A stretch of DNA of 64,000 nucleotides from Brevundimonas vancanneytii (GTDB lineage Bacteria > Pseudomonadota > Alphaproteobacteria > Caulobacterales > Caulobacteraceae). Within the stretch, counting starts at the first letter, position 1. The number at the start of each line of letters is the position of its first letter. The position numbers were made by a program, and so were the translations under genes. The notes below the pieces were generated by a model. It saw only the letters and a list, made by a program, of their open reading frames with translations. It did not search any database and had not been told where the DNA came from. Location of the stretch: NCBI GenBank assembly GCA_945861515.1, contig CAMAVA010000001.1, positions 20,749-84,748 of the forward strand, given 5' to 3'. Below are positions 28,320 through 38,722 of the stretch, piece by piece.

Positions 28320-30896
28320 TCAAAGGCCGGCTCCAAGGCCCTGGTCAGCCACCGCGCCGCAGGTTTCGCACTGTCCAGAAAGCACAGCCTGATCGCCACA
28401 GGACGGGCAAACGCTCGCGGCCCGAATACTCTCCTGATGTGTCTCGCCCGATCTCCTGCCACCAAAGGGCAGGAACACCAGATTGTCGGGCGCCGCACCC
28501 CTCGAAAACCCCTTTGAAATGAACCGGCTGGCGGGCTGGGGTTCGGACTCGTAGGCCAGGGCATCATCAGCCTTGCCCCGACCGAGCCCGTCGGCATTGA
28601 GGGGCTCGCCCGTCGCATTGGCCAGATCGTCCCGGCCCAGATAGCTGACCCCCAGCTCGCGAAACACATAGTCCAGGATGGAGGTGGCAGACCGGATGGT
28701 GTCGTTGCCGGTAACGGGGCCGGCTGGCTCGAAGCGGGTGAAGACAAAGGCGTCGACGAACTCCTCCAGCGGCACCCCGTACTGAAGCCCGATGGATATC
28801 GCGATGGCGAAATTGTTCATCACACTTCGAAAGGCGGCCCCTTCCTTGTGCATGTCGATGAAGATTTCGCCCAACTCGCCATCGTCATATTCGCCGGTAT
28901 GCAGATAGACCTTGTGACCGCCGACGGCGGCCTTCTGGATGTATCCTTTTCGCCGGTCGGGCAGCTTTCGCCGGGTTCTGTCCCGTTCGACCACGCGCTC
29001 GACAATGCGCTCCTGAACAGGGGGCGGCGCGGGCGCCGAGACCGGAGGCATCGCAGCCTCTTCGGGCAGGTCCAGGGCAAGGTGCGCCGGAGGGCCCTTG
29101 CGCGCGATTCGAAATGCGCGAAGCCCCGACTTGTCGGCCCTGTCGATCCAGGCCACTGCCTGGGCTACGCCCTCAGAAAATTCGAGCGGCAGGGCCAGAA
29201 CGCCGGGCAGGCCGCAAGCCTCCTCGAGGGCCTTGTGGAAGGCAAGGCGATGCGGCCATGTCGGATCGCTGTCCAGAACCGCCAGGGCCTGTTCCGATAA
29301 CGCTGTGCCCGTGGAAAGGTCGTCGGTTCCCAGGCAATGAATGGCGGCGTCGCGGATCTGGCCCTCGGAAAAGCCCATCCAGGACAGGGTGTTGAAGGTC
29401 GAAGCGGCCAGGGACTCCGGGCTGGCGCCCATGACGTCCCGCAAAAATCCCGTCCCAATCACCTCCGGCGAAAAGGCCTCCTCCAGCCTCGTCGCCTTTG
29501 CCAGGAAGCCCTCAATGCGGGCAATTTCATGAGCGGTGAACCCCGCAGCCGTAAGGGATTCCCGATTGATGTGCGGTGCGCTGGCCAGGCTTTGGAAGCC
29601 CAGCAGCCTATGGCGCAATCCATCGGTGTCCTCGCCCAGACTGGCCAGGGCCTGGCTGGCGGTCTTCGAAACGGTCCTGATGATTTCCCCGTCTTCGGTT
29701 TCCGCCAGAGCCACAGCGCCCTGCCAGGGCGCGGAGCCCATGCCCGCGCCGCCCAGCCGCAGGGCCAGTTCGGAATCCGCCACCGGCGCCAACCTCGCCA
29801 GATCTCCGGCTGCCGTTCTGGCCCGGCGCCAGAGGTCGGAAGCCTGTCGGCAGAAGGCTTCCGATCCATGGGCCAGTCCCCGGGAAACCATCAGTCCTGC
29901 GGTGTTCGCGAGGGTGACCGTCGCAGGCCCGGCGCCGTCCGAATCCAGTTTCAGGGCCAACGCCAGCAGCCGGACCGTCTGTTCGAAACCGTCGACATCG
30001 AACCCTTCCGGGCTGTGAAACGCCAGCAGATCGACGCCGCCGACCGGTCCGGTGGGACAGGCGGAAAGCCAGGCTGCATCTTCGGCATCACTTGCCAGGA
30101 TCGCGCCAGCGGTCTTCCAGGTCAGGAAGGCGAGGTCATCCGAATGGCGACTGCGCTCTGCGGCATCGGCGCGGATGATGGCGGTGGGGGCCTTTGTCTC
30201 ATGGATATCCGTGCGGGTCGGGTCCCGAAGGGTCAGGCCGATCTGGATGGCGTCCATTATCGCAGCGTCAGAGGCGCCTGCCATGCGTGCTGCCCTGGCC
30301 GCGCGGGCGAGGGCAGGGTTGCCCGACGGTGTGGAACAGGCAGACGGGTCGCCCTGGCAGCGTTGCACGGCGCTACTGATTGACTGAAGCCGACGGCGCA
30401 GTCCGCCCTGAGCAAGCCGAGCCAGCTCCGCTGCCTCGACCTCCGCCATAAAACCGGCAAGCGCATTCCCGCCATCCGGAACGGACAGATCGATAACGGG
30501 TACAGGCCGAGGTTCCTTCGGAGATGCGAGGGCGACGATCCCGGCTGCCTGGAGGGCGTAGAGTTCATCGCGGAAGGCGCCCGCATCGGCCGGGCGGTCG
30601 AACATGCCGCTGCGCCAACCGGCTTCCGCAAGGCTCTGCGCCAGTCGCAATGGCCCCCCGCCCAGCAGGCCAGCGGGCTGTGAGGCCGATCTCAGGACAT
30701 TGGGAAGGGGGGCGAGGGCGGCTGTCTCGGCTGTGGTCGAAGCGGGCTGGCTGTCCGCCCAGTCCAGCCAGGCCTGGACCTGGGCTGAAGGCATGGACCG
30801 GGGCGCCAGCACGCCGATCAGGTCTCCGGCGGCCTCAAGGGTGCGCAGTTCCAGGTCCTGCCCCGGACGCTTGGCCAGTCGCCTCTCGAAACGCAT
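28320..30896 (-). CDS. Degenerate class II ribonucleotide reductase (NrdJ) homologue with conserved C-terminal TSCPD domain; probable pseudo-enzyme
   Basis: C-terminal [49 protein letters not shown]...[23 protein letters not shown] is typical of alphaproteobacterial NrdJ; N-terminal remnants (MRFERR, GWRSGMF...AFRDEL, C...C...NPALARA); no NPCxE. Confidence 0.85.
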   Translation of the reverse strand: MRFERRLAKRPGQDLELRTLEAAGDLIGVLAPRSMPSAQVQAWLDWADSQPASTTAETAALAPLPNVLRSASQPAGLLGGGPLRLAQSLAEAGWRSGMFDRPADAGAFRDELYALQAAGIVALASPKEPRPVPVIDLSVPDGGNALAGFMAEVEAAELARLAQGGLRRRLQSISSAVQRCQGDPSACSTPSGNPALARAARAARMAGASDAAIMDAIQIGLTLRDPTRTDIHETKAPTAIIRADAAERSRHSDDLAFLTWKTAGAILASDAEDAAWLSACPTGPVGGVDLLAFHSPEGFDVDGFEQTVRLLALALKLDSDGAGPATVTLANTAGLMVSRGLAHGSEAFCRQASDLWRRARTAAGDLARLAPVADSELALRLGGAGMGSAPWQGAVALAETEDGEIIRTVSKTASQALASLGEDTDGLRHRLLGFQSLASAPHINRESLTAAGFTAHEIARIEGFLAKATRLEEAFSPEVIGTGFLRDVMGASPESLAASTFNTLSWMGFSEGQIRDAAIHCLGTDDLSTGTALSEQALAVLDSDPTWPHRLAFHKALEEACGLPGVLALPLEFSEGVAQAVAWIDRADKSGLRAFRIARKGPPAHLALDLPEEAAMPPVSAPAPPPVQERIVERVVERDRTRRKLPDRRKGYIQKAAVGGHKVYLHTGEYDDGELGEIFIDMHKEGAAFRSVMNNFAIAISIGLQYGVPLEEFVDAFVFTRFEPAGPVTGNDTIRSATSILDYVFRELGVSYLGRDDLANATGEPLNADGLGRGKADDALAYESEPQPASRFISKGFSRGAAPDNLVFLPFGGRRSGETHQESIRAASVCPSCGDQAVLSGQCETCGAVADQGLGAGL

Positions 30897-30948
30897 CGGT
30901 CCACCGCTCCCAAACTGATGACGAGCCTAAGGGCCAGTCCGGAGCCTA

Positions 30949-30996
30949 GCAATAGATGATGGGGGTCATCGGACCGCCATCCACAAGATATGGGAA
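30949..30996 (-). promoter_or_regulatory. Tandem NrdR-box-like sites upstream of the NrdJ-like gene
   Basis: Minus strand TTCCCATATCTTGTGG (30981-30996) and the weaker CCCCATCATCTATTGC (30949-30964), 32 bp apart. Confidence 0.6.
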
Positions 30997-31129
30997 ACGA
31001 GGCGCACTTCTCGCAACTCGCCGTCTGCCCGCCTTGTCCAATTCCAGGCGGCTTTCAGACTTGGCGAATGGGTCAGCCGGGCCTATGGTCCGACGGAACT
31101 GAAGCCCCTTGCAGTTGTTGGATTTTCTT

Positions 31130-31525
31130 GTGCTGAAAGCGATCTTCACCTGGTGGAACGGCGTAACCATCGGCCAGCGTTTCCACATCAATCGTCGCGG
31201 TGTGAAGATCGGTCAGGACGAGTTTGGTAACACCTACTACGAGGCGCGAGACGCGTCTGACAGCTATGATGAACGCAAACGGCGTTGGGTGATCTACAAT
31301 GGCTATGCCGAGGCTTCCAAGGTCCCGCCCGACTGGCACGGCTGGCTCCGTTATACCTTTGACAATCCGCCCACCATCGAGCCCCTTCCCAGGCGGTCCT
31401 GGGAAAAGGACCACCGCCCCAACCTGACCGGCACGGTCTATGCGTGGCGTCCCAAGGGGTCCATTTCCGGTCCTGGCCAGCGAGATGCGGCCACGGGCGA
31501 CTATCTGCCCTGGACCCCGGAATAG
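31130..31525 (+). CDS. NDUFA12-family NADH:ubiquinone oxidoreductase accessory protein
   Basis: FTWWNG, GQDEFGNTYY, RRWVIYNG..EASKVPPDWHGWL, NLTGT..A. Confidence 0.93.
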   Translation: MLKAIFTWWNGVTIGQRFHINRRGVKIGQDEFGNTYYEARDASDSYDERKRRWVIYNGYAEASKVPPDWHGWLRYTFDNPPTIEPLPRRSWEKDHRPNLTGTVYAWRPKGSISGPGQRDAATGDYLPWTPE

Positions 31526-31532
31526 CCGCGGC

Positions 31533-32108
31533 ATGAAATCGCCGGCGAGAATACTTTTGGTTTGCAGCCTCACCCTGGCTGGCGTCGCACAGGCGCAGAC
31601 GGGCCCATCTGCCCAGCCGCCTGAGATCGAAGCCCCGCCCGAGGAAGCGCCGCCAGCGCAAGTCGCTCCGCCGCCGCCTCTATTGGCGCCCGCCAGTCCG
31701 GTCGAAATCCAGCCGTTGCCGGATGAGAAACCAGCGGTCAAGCCTTCGTCAGGCGCCACAAAGCCGGTCGAACCGGTCAAGCGGGTGAGAGCGGCCTCGG
31801 CGATTATCCAGGCCCTGGACAAGGTTACGGCCGAAACCCTTCGCTTCCAGGCGCCGGTCGGTCAGCCTGTGCGCTACAAGTCTCTGGTTTTCACGGTTCG
31901 GGCCTGCGAGAGCGCGGCGCCCGATGAGATGGCCCCGGAATCTGCAGCCTATGTCCAGGTGGATTCCCAGCCCAAGCCGCAGCCCGGGCGCCCCTCTCCG
32001 CCGACCCGGCAGGTTTTCAAGGGCTGGATGTTCGCCTCTTCTCCTGCCTTGAATCCCCTGCAGCACCCGGTCTATGACGCTTGGTTGATTGCCTGCAAGG
32101 CCAGCTGA
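31533..32108 (+). CDS. DUF2155 family exported protein
   Basis: [32 protein letters not shown]. Confidence 0.88.
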   Translation: MKSPARILLVCSLTLAGVAQAQTGPSAQPPEIEAPPEEAPPAQVAPPPPLLAPASPVEIQPLPDEKPAVKPSSGATKPVEPVKRVRAASAIIQALDKVTAETLRFQAPVGQPVRYKSLVFTVRACESAAPDEMAPESAAYVQVDSQPKPQPGRPSPPTRQVFKGWMFASSPALNPLQHPVYDAWLIACKAS

Positions 32109-32767
32109 CCGCGACCCTGGAACTGGTTGAAGTCGGCGGTCTGTTCCAGCGCCTTTGCCAGCCGACGATGATATTCCGCCCGGGGAATCTCCTCCACGCC
32201 GAACTGTTCAAGGTGGTCGGTGATAAACTGGGTGTCCAGCAGGCTGTATCCGCCGACAATCAGCCTGGCCACAAGATGCACGAGCGCGATCTTGCTGGCG
32301 TCTCTCGCCCTTGAGACCATGCTTTCGCCAAAGAAGGCCCCGCCGAGAGAAACCCCGTACAGCCCGCCCACCAGGGCGCCATCCTTCCAGCACTCGACGC
32401 TGTGCGCCTGGCCACGCTGAAAGAGTTGTCCGTAGAGGCTTTCGATCCCGTGGTTGATCCAGGTCTCAAGGCGGCGGGGCCCGGTCTGGGCGCAAAGGGA
32501 TACAACGGCCATGAAGGCCGTGTCGGTTCTGACCTCATACAGATCCTGACGAACCGTCCGGGCCAGGCGACGCGCCACATGAAATCGACCAAGGGGCAGG
32601 GTTCCCCGTCTTGGCGGGTCAATCAGAAAAAGTCCGGCGTCTTCCCGGGAGTCGGCCATGGGAAAAACGCCGCGCCGATAGCACCCCAAAAGATCGTCGG
32701 CAGTAAACTCCGGAACCAGTGGCTTACCCCTGCGCCTTGATCCACCGCTCCAGCCAGTGGATGTCAT
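32072..32767 (-). CDS. aat: Leucyl/phenylalanyl-tRNA--protein transferase (start uncertain)
   Basis: [49 protein letters not shown]. Confidence 0.95.
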   Translation of the reverse strand: MTSTGWSGGSRRRGKPLVPEFTADDLLGCYRRGVFPMADSREDAGLFLIDPPRRGTLPLGRFHVARRLARTVRQDLYEVRTDTAFMAVVSLCAQTGPRRLETWINHGIESLYGQLFQRGQAHSVECWKDGALVGGLYGVSLGGAFFGESMVSRARDASKIALVHLVARLIVGGYSLLDTQFITDHLEQFGVEEIPRAEYHRRLAKALEQTADFNQFQGRGQLALQAINQAS

Positions 32768-34067
32768 AGTCGCCGGCCCGGATGTCGCTGTTCTGCAGCA
32801 GGTCCTGGAACAGCGGGATGGTGGTCTCGATACCCGACACGACCATTTCGCCCAGGCACCGCTGGGTGCGGGCGATGCATTCCGCCCGATCCCGGCCGTG
32901 GACGATCAGCTTGCCGACCAGACTGTCATAGTAGGGCGGGATCGAATAGCCGGCGTAGAGGCCGCTATCGAGCCGCACACCCAGTCCGCCCGGCGCGTGA
33001 AAGTCTGTCACCTTCCCAGGAGACGGCGTGAAGGTGCGGGGGTTTTCGGCATTGATCCGGCATTCGATGGCATGCCCCTCGAAGGTCACGTCCTTCTGGG
33101 TGAAGCTCAGGGGCAGGCCGGCCGCGATGCGAATCTGCTCGCGCACCAGGTCGATACCGGTGATCGCTTCGGTCACGGGATGCTCGACCTGCAGCCTGGT
33201 ATTCATCTCGATGAAGAAGAACTCATCGTTTTCCCAAAGGAACTCAATGGTTCCCACGCCCAGATAACCGATGGCGCGGATCGCCTCGACCACAACCTCG
33301 CCGATCCTGGCGCGGCCGGCCGCGTCCAGGGCGGGGGAGGGCGCTTCCTCCATGACCTTCTGGTGCCGGCGCTGCAGTGAACAGTCGCGCTCGCCCAGAT
33401 GCACGACATTGCCATGGCTGTCGGCAATGACCTGAAGTTCGATATGGCGGGGTTTCTGGAGGTACCGCTCCATATAGACAGCATCGTCGCCGAAGGCGGC
33501 GCGCGCCTCGGCACGGGCGGTCGACACGGCCTCGTGCAGGTCAGCCTCTGTCTCGGCCACCTTCATGCCCCGGCCGCCGCCGCCGGCCGCGGCCTTGATC
33601 AGCACCGGAAATCCGATCTCCATCGCGGCGGCAATCGCCTCTTCCTCGGTGGTGACGGCCCCGTCAGACCCGGGAACCACCGGAATACCGGCATCCTTGA
33701 CCGCCTGTTTGGCGGTGATCTTGTCGCCCATCATCCGGATATGCTCCGGCTTGGGACCGATGAAGGTGAAGCCATGGGCTCCGACGATCTCGGCAAACCG
33801 GGCATTTTCCGACAGGAAGCCATAGCCGGGGTGAATGGCCTGGGCCCCCGTGATCTCGGCCGCAGCGATGATCGAGGGAATGTTCAGATAGCTCTTTGCC
33901 GCCGAGGCCGGTCCGATACAGACGCTCTCGTCCGCCAGCCGGGCCCACATTCCCGTGGCGTCGGGTTCGGAATGGACCGCCACCGTGGCGATGCCCATTT
34001 CCTTGCAGGCGCGGTGAATCCTCAGGGCGATTTCACCGCGATTGGCGATCAGGATTTTCTCGAACAC
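32724..34067 (-). CDS. accC: Acetyl-CoA carboxylase biotin carboxylase
   Basis: [42 protein letters not shown]. Confidence 0.98.
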   Translation of the reverse strand: MFEKILIANRGEIALRIHRACKEMGIATVAVHSEPDATGMWARLADESVCIGPASAAKSYLNIPSIIAAAEITGAQAIHPGYGFLSENARFAEIVGAHGFTFIGPKPEHIRMMGDKITAKQAVKDAGIPVVPGSDGAVTTEEEAIAAAMEIGFPVLIKAAAGGGGRGMKVAETEADLHEAVSTARAEARAAFGDDAVYMERYLQKPRHIELQVIADSHGNVVHLGERDCSLQRRHQKVMEEAPSPALDAAGRARIGEVVVEAIRAIGYLGVGTIEFLWENDEFFFIEMNTRLQVEHPVTEAITGIDLVREQIRIAAGLPLSFTQKDVTFEGHAIECRINAENPRTFTPSPGKVTDFHAPGGLGVRLDSGLYAGYSIPPYYDSLVGKLIVHGRDRAECIARTQRCLGEMVVSGIETTIPLFQDLLQNSDIRAGDYDIHWLERWIKAQG

Positions 34068-34072
34068 GACCG

Positions 34073-34576
34073 CTACTCGATAACGACGAGAGGTTCGCCG
34101 AACTCGACTGGCTGGCCGTCGCCCACCAGAATTTCCAGGACGGTTCCAGCCCTGGGGGCCGGGATCGGGTTCATGGTCTTCATGGCCTCGACGATCAACA
34201 GGGTCTGACCCTCCGCGATCCTGTCGCCGACCTTGATGAAGGGAGGCGAGCCGGGCTGCGACTGCATGTAAACGGTGCCGACCATCGGCGACTTGACTTC
34301 ATCCCCGGTGCGAACGGCCGGGGCTGCAGCTTCTGCAACCGGGGCCTGAACGACAGGTGGCGCGGCCGCGGCGGGAGCGGGCGCTGCCGGCGCGGCGATA
34401 TAGGTCTGTTGCGCCGGAGCCGCCGTCAACTCCCGGGCAACGCGGATCCGCAGGTCACCGCGCTCGACCTCGATCTCGGTCAGGCCGGTGCTCTTCAGGA
34501 TCGTCGCCAGGGTCCGGACGGTCTTGGTGTCGATCACGCTGTTGTCTTCGGACTCGTCAGGAGCGGATTTTGACAT
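34073..34576 (-). CDS. accB: Biotin carboxyl carrier protein
   Basis: [14 protein letters not shown] biotinylation motif. Confidence 0.97.
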   Translation of the reverse strand: MSKSAPDESEDNSVIDTKTVRTLATILKSTGLTEIEVERGDLRIRVARELTAAPAQQTYIAAPAAPAPAAAAPPVVQAPVAEAAAPAVRTGDEVKSPMVGTVYMQSQPGSPPFIKVGDRIAEGQTLLIVEAMKTMNPIPAPRAGTVLEILVGDGQPVEFGEPLVVIE

Positions 34577-34600
34577 GGAAAACCACCTTGCTGTTGGTCG

Positions 34601-35050
34601 TCAGGCCCGGACCGCACCGGTCAGCCCGGCGGCGGCCTCAATGGCCAGTTCGTAGCTTGCACCGCCAAAGCCGGACACAACGCCCGTGGCAATGAGAGAG
34701 ACATAGGTATGCCGTCGGAACGCTTCCCGTGCGGCGGGATTGGACAGGTGACACTCAATGACGGGAATAGCGAGAGTCTTCAATGCATCCAGCAGCGCCA
34801 CGGACGTATGTCCATAGCCCGCCGGGTTGATGACGACCGCGCTGGCCTCCGTCCTGGCGTCCTGAACCCAATCGATCAGGACGCCTTCGTGATTTGACTG
34901 GCGAAACTCCACAGCCAGGCCGAACTCGGCCGCCCTTCGGCTGCAGCGCGCCTGGATGTCCGCCAGGGTTTCATGGCCATAGATATCGGGTTCGCGGACC
35001 CCGAGAAGGTTGAGGTTGGGCCCACTCAAAACAAAGATAGGTTTCGGCAT
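34601..35050 (-). CDS. aroQ: Type II 3-dehydroquinate dehydratase
   Basis: [38 protein letters not shown]. Confidence 0.97.
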   Translation of the reverse strand: MPKPIFVLSGPNLNLLGVREPDIYGHETLADIQARCSRRAAEFGLAVEFRQSNHEGVLIDWVQDARTEASAVVINPAGYGHTSVALLDALKTLAIPVIECHLSNPAAREAFRRHTYVSLIATGVVSGFGGASYELAIEAAAGLTGAVRA

Positions 35051-35115
35051 TCGGCCCCGCCGGCGAGTCAAAGGGCCTTGTATCGTCGCACGGCCGGGGT
35101 CACAAGGCTGAGGTC

Positions 35116-35316
35116 ATGCAGATTCAGTTGAACGGAGAGGGTCACAGTCTTGCGGGCGTCGCCACGGTTGCTGACCTGGTGGCGAACCTGGGCCTAGATC
35201 CCCGAAAGGTCGCTGTGGAACGCAACCTGGAAATCGTGCCGAAATCGCTTTTCGCCGAAACACCCGTCGCCAACGGCGATCGGATCGAGATTGTCACCTT
35301 CATCGGCGGCGGTTAG
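35116..35316 (+). CDS. thiS: Sulfur carrier protein ThiS
   Basis: VAVERNLEIV, C-terminal FIGGG. Confidence 0.95.
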   Translation: MQIQLNGEGHSLAGVATVADLVANLGLDPRKVAVERNLEIVPKSLFAETPVANGDRIEIVTFIGGG

Positions 35317-35413
35317 CGATCCCGTCAGCCGAGTGAGGCGGAACAGGCCGGATGAAAGGCAGATGAGGCACTTGTCTCTCCCATCCCGTCGGCGGGGCGT
35401 GTAGATCGAAGCC

Positions 35414-36193
35414 ATGAGCACTCTGACCGATACCTGGACTGTTGCGGGCCGCATCTTCACCTCCCGACTGATTGTCGGCACCGGCAAGTACCGGGACTAC
35501 CAGACCAATGCCGATGCCGCCCGGGCGGCGGGGGCTGAAATCGTCACCGTCGCCGTGCGCAGGGTAAACCTGACGGACCGCAGTCAGCCGCTGCTGGTGG
35601 ATTTCGTCAAACCCACGGAGTTTACCTACCTTCCCAATACGGCCGGATGTTTCACCGGCGAGGATGCCGTCCGAACCCTGCGTCTCGCCCGGGAAGCCGG
35701 AGGCTGGACCCTGGTCAAGCTGGAGGTCCTGTCGGACCCAAAGACCCTCTATCCGGACATGGAAGAGACCCTTCGTTCTCTCAAGCTGCTGGTGAGCGAG
35801 GGTTTTGATGTCATGGTCTATTGCTCGGACGATCCGGTCTATGCCCGCAAACTGGAGGACGCCGGCGCGGCTGCCGTCATGCCGCTGGGGGCTCCGATCG
35901 GGTCGGGTCTGGGAATCCAGAACCGGGTCAATATCCGTTTGATCGTCGAACAGGCCAAGGTGCCTGTGCTGGTGGATGCCGGTGTCGGGACCGCTTCCGA
36001 CGCAACAGTGGGCATGGAGCTGGGGTGCGACGGCATCTTGATGAACACGGCGATCGCGGAAGCAAAGGATCCGATCCTGATGGCCTCGGCGATGAAGCAT
36101 GCCGTGATTGCCGGCCGACAGGCCTATCTGGCCGGCCGCATGCCCAGGCGAATGTATGCAGACCCATCCTCTCCGCTGGCTGGATTGATCTGA
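35414..36193 (+). CDS. thiG: Thiazole synthase
   Basis: [40 protein letters not shown]. Confidence 0.97.
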   Translation: MSTLTDTWTVAGRIFTSRLIVGTGKYRDYQTNADAARAAGAEIVTVAVRRVNLTDRSQPLLVDFVKPTEFTYLPNTAGCFTGEDAVRTLRLAREAGGWTLVKLEVLSDPKTLYPDMEETLRSLKLLVSEGFDVMVYCSDDPVYARKLEDAGAAAVMPLGAPIGSGLGIQNRVNIRLIVEQAKVPVLVDAGVGTASDATVGMELGCDGILMNTAIAEAKDPILMASAMKHAVIAGRQAYLAGRMPRRMYADPSSPLAGLI

Positions 36194-36243
36194 GGTCCCG
36201 ATCCGGATCAAACCGGCTCTTTCAGAAAAAGGCACAGAATTCC

Positions 36244-37875
36244 ATGCGGTCGGCCCTGCTTCTCGGCTCTGCTCTCGGGGTGTTGTCGCTGGGCGCGCCG
36301 CAGGCGCGGTCCTTTGATGCCCTGACCCTGTCGACCCTGTGCTCAAGCGAGGCGCAAAGTTCCGGCGGCGCGCCCTTGGCGTCCCGGCCTGCCCGGATGC
36401 TGCCCGGTTACGGCAATGATGCGATGGTCATTGTCACCCGGGACCCCCAGGCCCAGGCCTGGTTCAATCAGGGCCTTCGCATGGCCTGGGCTTTTGCCCA
36501 TGAAGAAGCGACCGCCGCCTTCAGGGAGGCCGGTAGACAGGACCCGACCTGTGGAATGTGCGCCTGGGGCGAAGCCCTGTCGCTGGGACCAACCATCAAC
36601 TACCCGGTCGACGGGAAGCAGAAGAAAGAGGCCCTTGCAGTCGCTGTGAGGGCGCAGAAGCTGTTGGCCCGAGGGTCTGATCGGGACCGGATGCTGGGCT
36701 CGGCGATGGTCCGGCGCTACACCGAGGGCAATGGCGCCTATGCCAGAGCGATGGTGGCCGTGGCTACCGCCTACCCCGATGTCAATTCCGTCCAGATTCT
36801 CACCGCCGATGCGCTGATGATCGCCGGCCAGGAGAAGCGCGCCGTCCCGATCCTGGCGACAGTTCTGGCACGGAATCCGGATAGCACCGGAGCCATCCAT
36901 TTCTATATTCACGCCACCGAATGGGTCGGCATGGCCGATAAGGCCGAATCCTACGCAGATCGCCTCAAGCGCCTTGCCCCTGGCGCCAGCCATCTTGTCC
37001 ACATGCCGTCCCATACCTTCTACCAGATTGGACGCTATCGGGATGCTGCCCTGGCCAATCTGGACGCCATCGAGGTCGATCAGGCCTGGATCAAGGCGAC
37101 AGGTGCAAAAACCTCGCCCTGGAACATTCCGTACTACGGCCATAACGTCCGTTATGCGCTGGGCGGGGCCATGATGGCCGGCGAGGCTGCAGCCGCCCTC
37201 AAGATCGCAGACCGCTATCTGGAAACACCAGCGGAGGAGGTCAAGGCTGGTGGTCCCTGGGCCCAGACTGGCGTCTCATCGGCCTGGTTCGCCGTCGGCC
37301 GCTACACCGATCCGGACCAGGCTCTGGCGATGAACGGTCCTGGAAAGGACCTCCCGATTGTTCGCGTAATGTGGCGGTACGGGCGCGGTGAAGCCCAGGC
37401 CCGCAAGGGAAACAGGCTCGGGGTTCTCGCGGAGGCGGCCATGATGAGGTCGGGAGCCGAAGCCGACCGAATTCCCAGTGGATCAGCCACTGCCTTGGCC
37501 GAAATCGGACGCAGCGTTCTGAAAGGCCGGGCCGCGATGATGCAGGGCGACTACGCCGGCGCTGCGAAGCTCTATCGCGCTGCGGCCGAAAGGCAGGAGC
37601 GCGGCTTTGGCGACCAGCGCGACCCGCCACCCTGGTGGTATCCTGTCCGTCGCAGTCTGGCCGCCGCCCTGCTTGCCGAAGGCCGCCATGAGCCGGCGCT
37701 TGAGGAGGCTCAGACGGTCCTCAAGACCTGGCCCAAGGACCCCATGACATTGCTGGTCATCGCCCGCGCCCAGGCGGCGATCGGCAGGAAAGAAGAAGCC
37801 AGCCGTGCACTGGCCTCGGCCCGCTCGGGCTGGAGTGATGGGGACATCGACAAGACCCCGGCCTCCTTGATCTGA
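36244..37875 (+). CDS. Exported TPR-like helical-repeat protein of unknown function
   Basis: Signal peptide; AQAWFNQGL...AFAHEEA, CGMCAWGEA, GAIHFYIH, HLVHMPSH. Confidence 0.8.
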   Translation: MRSALLLGSALGVLSLGAPQARSFDALTLSTLCSSEAQSSGGAPLASRPARMLPGYGNDAMVIVTRDPQAQAWFNQGLRMAWAFAHEEATAAFREAGRQDPTCGMCAWGEALSLGPTINYPVDGKQKKEALAVAVRAQKLLARGSDRDRMLGSAMVRRYTEGNGAYARAMVAVATAYPDVNSVQILTADALMIAGQEKRAVPILATVLARNPDSTGAIHFYIHATEWVGMADKAESYADRLKRLAPGASHLVHMPSHTFYQIGRYRDAALANLDAIEVDQAWIKATGAKTSPWNIPYYGHNVRYALGGAMMAGEAAAALKIADRYLETPAEEVKAGGPWAQTGVSSAWFAVGRYTDPDQALAMNGPGKDLPIVRVMWRYGRGEAQARKGNRLGVLAEAAMMRSGAEADRIPSGSATALAEIGRSVLKGRAAMMQGDYAGAAKLYRAAAERQERGFGDQRDPPPWWYPVRRSLAAALLAEGRHEPALEEAQTVLKTWPKDPMTLLVIARAQAAIGRKEEASRALASARSGWSDGDIDKTPASLI

Positions 37876-37896
37876 TGCGATCAGTTGCCGCCGGGA

Positions 37897-38676
37897 TCAG
37901 CGGCCGGCCAGTGCTGAAGCGATCGCGGCCCGCAACCTTTCCGGATCAGCGCCCGGAACCACGGTTTCGCCGACGACAAAGGCCGGTGTTCCGTCAAGGC
38001 CCAGCTCCGCCGCCAGGGCCCTGACATCGGCCAGGTATTTCCTCTGTTCCGCTGTCTGTTCCAGGGCGCGAACCTTGGCCGGCGAAATGCCGTTTCGTTC
38101 AAGCAGGTCGTCAACCATCTCGTCAGTCAGAGGTTTACGGGACATCATCTCCTGATGACCATCAAGAAACAGTCCCTTTTGATAAAGCAAGCGGGCTGCA
38201 GCGGCGGCATACTCGGACGTGGGACCAAACTGACCTAGCGTAAAATCCTTGAATACGAACCGGACATCGGGATTTTTCCTTATCAGGGCCATGACTTCCG
38301 GTGCGATCATTTTGCAGTAGGTGCAGTTGTAGTCATAGAACTCCACGACAGTGACACGGCCGTTCGGGTTGGCGACAAAATCGCGCGAGTCATTGTCCAG
38401 TCTTGCTCGATACAGCGGAATTTTCCGGCGGCCCGCTTCTGCGGCTGCCTGGGCTTCGGCGACCTGCTTTGCTTCCAGGGCCTGCGATACTTCAAGGAGC
38501 ACCTGCGGATTCTGCAGAAGATAGGCCCTGACCTTGTCGCCGAAAGCCTTGTCGACCTTGATCTCGGGTTGGGCCGCAACAGGCGGCGCGGACGGCGCAG
38601 TCTCCGCCTTCTTGCATGCGGCAAGCCCGAGCAGGGTGATCAGGCCGATCGCGGTCAGTAGGGGTAGGCGGCGCAT
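37897..38676 (-). CDS. DsbA/ScsC-like thioredoxin-fold lipoprotein
   Basis: Lipobox GLAA-C, EFYDYNCTYCK, GTPAFVVG. Confidence 0.9.
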   Translation of the reverse strand: MRRLPLLTAIGLITLLGLAACKKAETAPSAPPVAAQPEIKVDKAFGDKVRAYLLQNPQVLLEVSQALEAKQVAEAQAAAEAGRRKIPLYRARLDNDSRDFVANPNGRVTVVEFYDYNCTYCKMIAPEVMALIRKNPDVRFVFKDFTLGQFGPTSEYAAAAARLLYQKGLFLDGHQEMMSRKPLTDEMVDDLLERNGISPAKVRALEQTAEQRKYLADVRALAAELGLDGTPAFVVGETVVPGADPERLRAAIASALAGR

Positions 38677-38722
38677 TGACGACTCTCTTCACTCAAGCGG
38701 CAGGCAATCAGGCCGAGCCATC

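Noticed and set aside
28320-30896. Calling the NrdJ-like gene a pseudogene
   Set aside because: Uninterrupted 858-codon frame, conserved C-terminal domain and retained upstream boxes
35821-36243. N-terminal extension of the 684-aa ORF overlapping thiG
   Set aside because: The out-of-frame overlap is non-coding; the protein plausibly starts at ATG 36244 with a signal peptide
36194-36243. GATCCGGATC palindrome after thiG as another repeat copy
   Set aside because: Too short and dissimilar to the other modules to support
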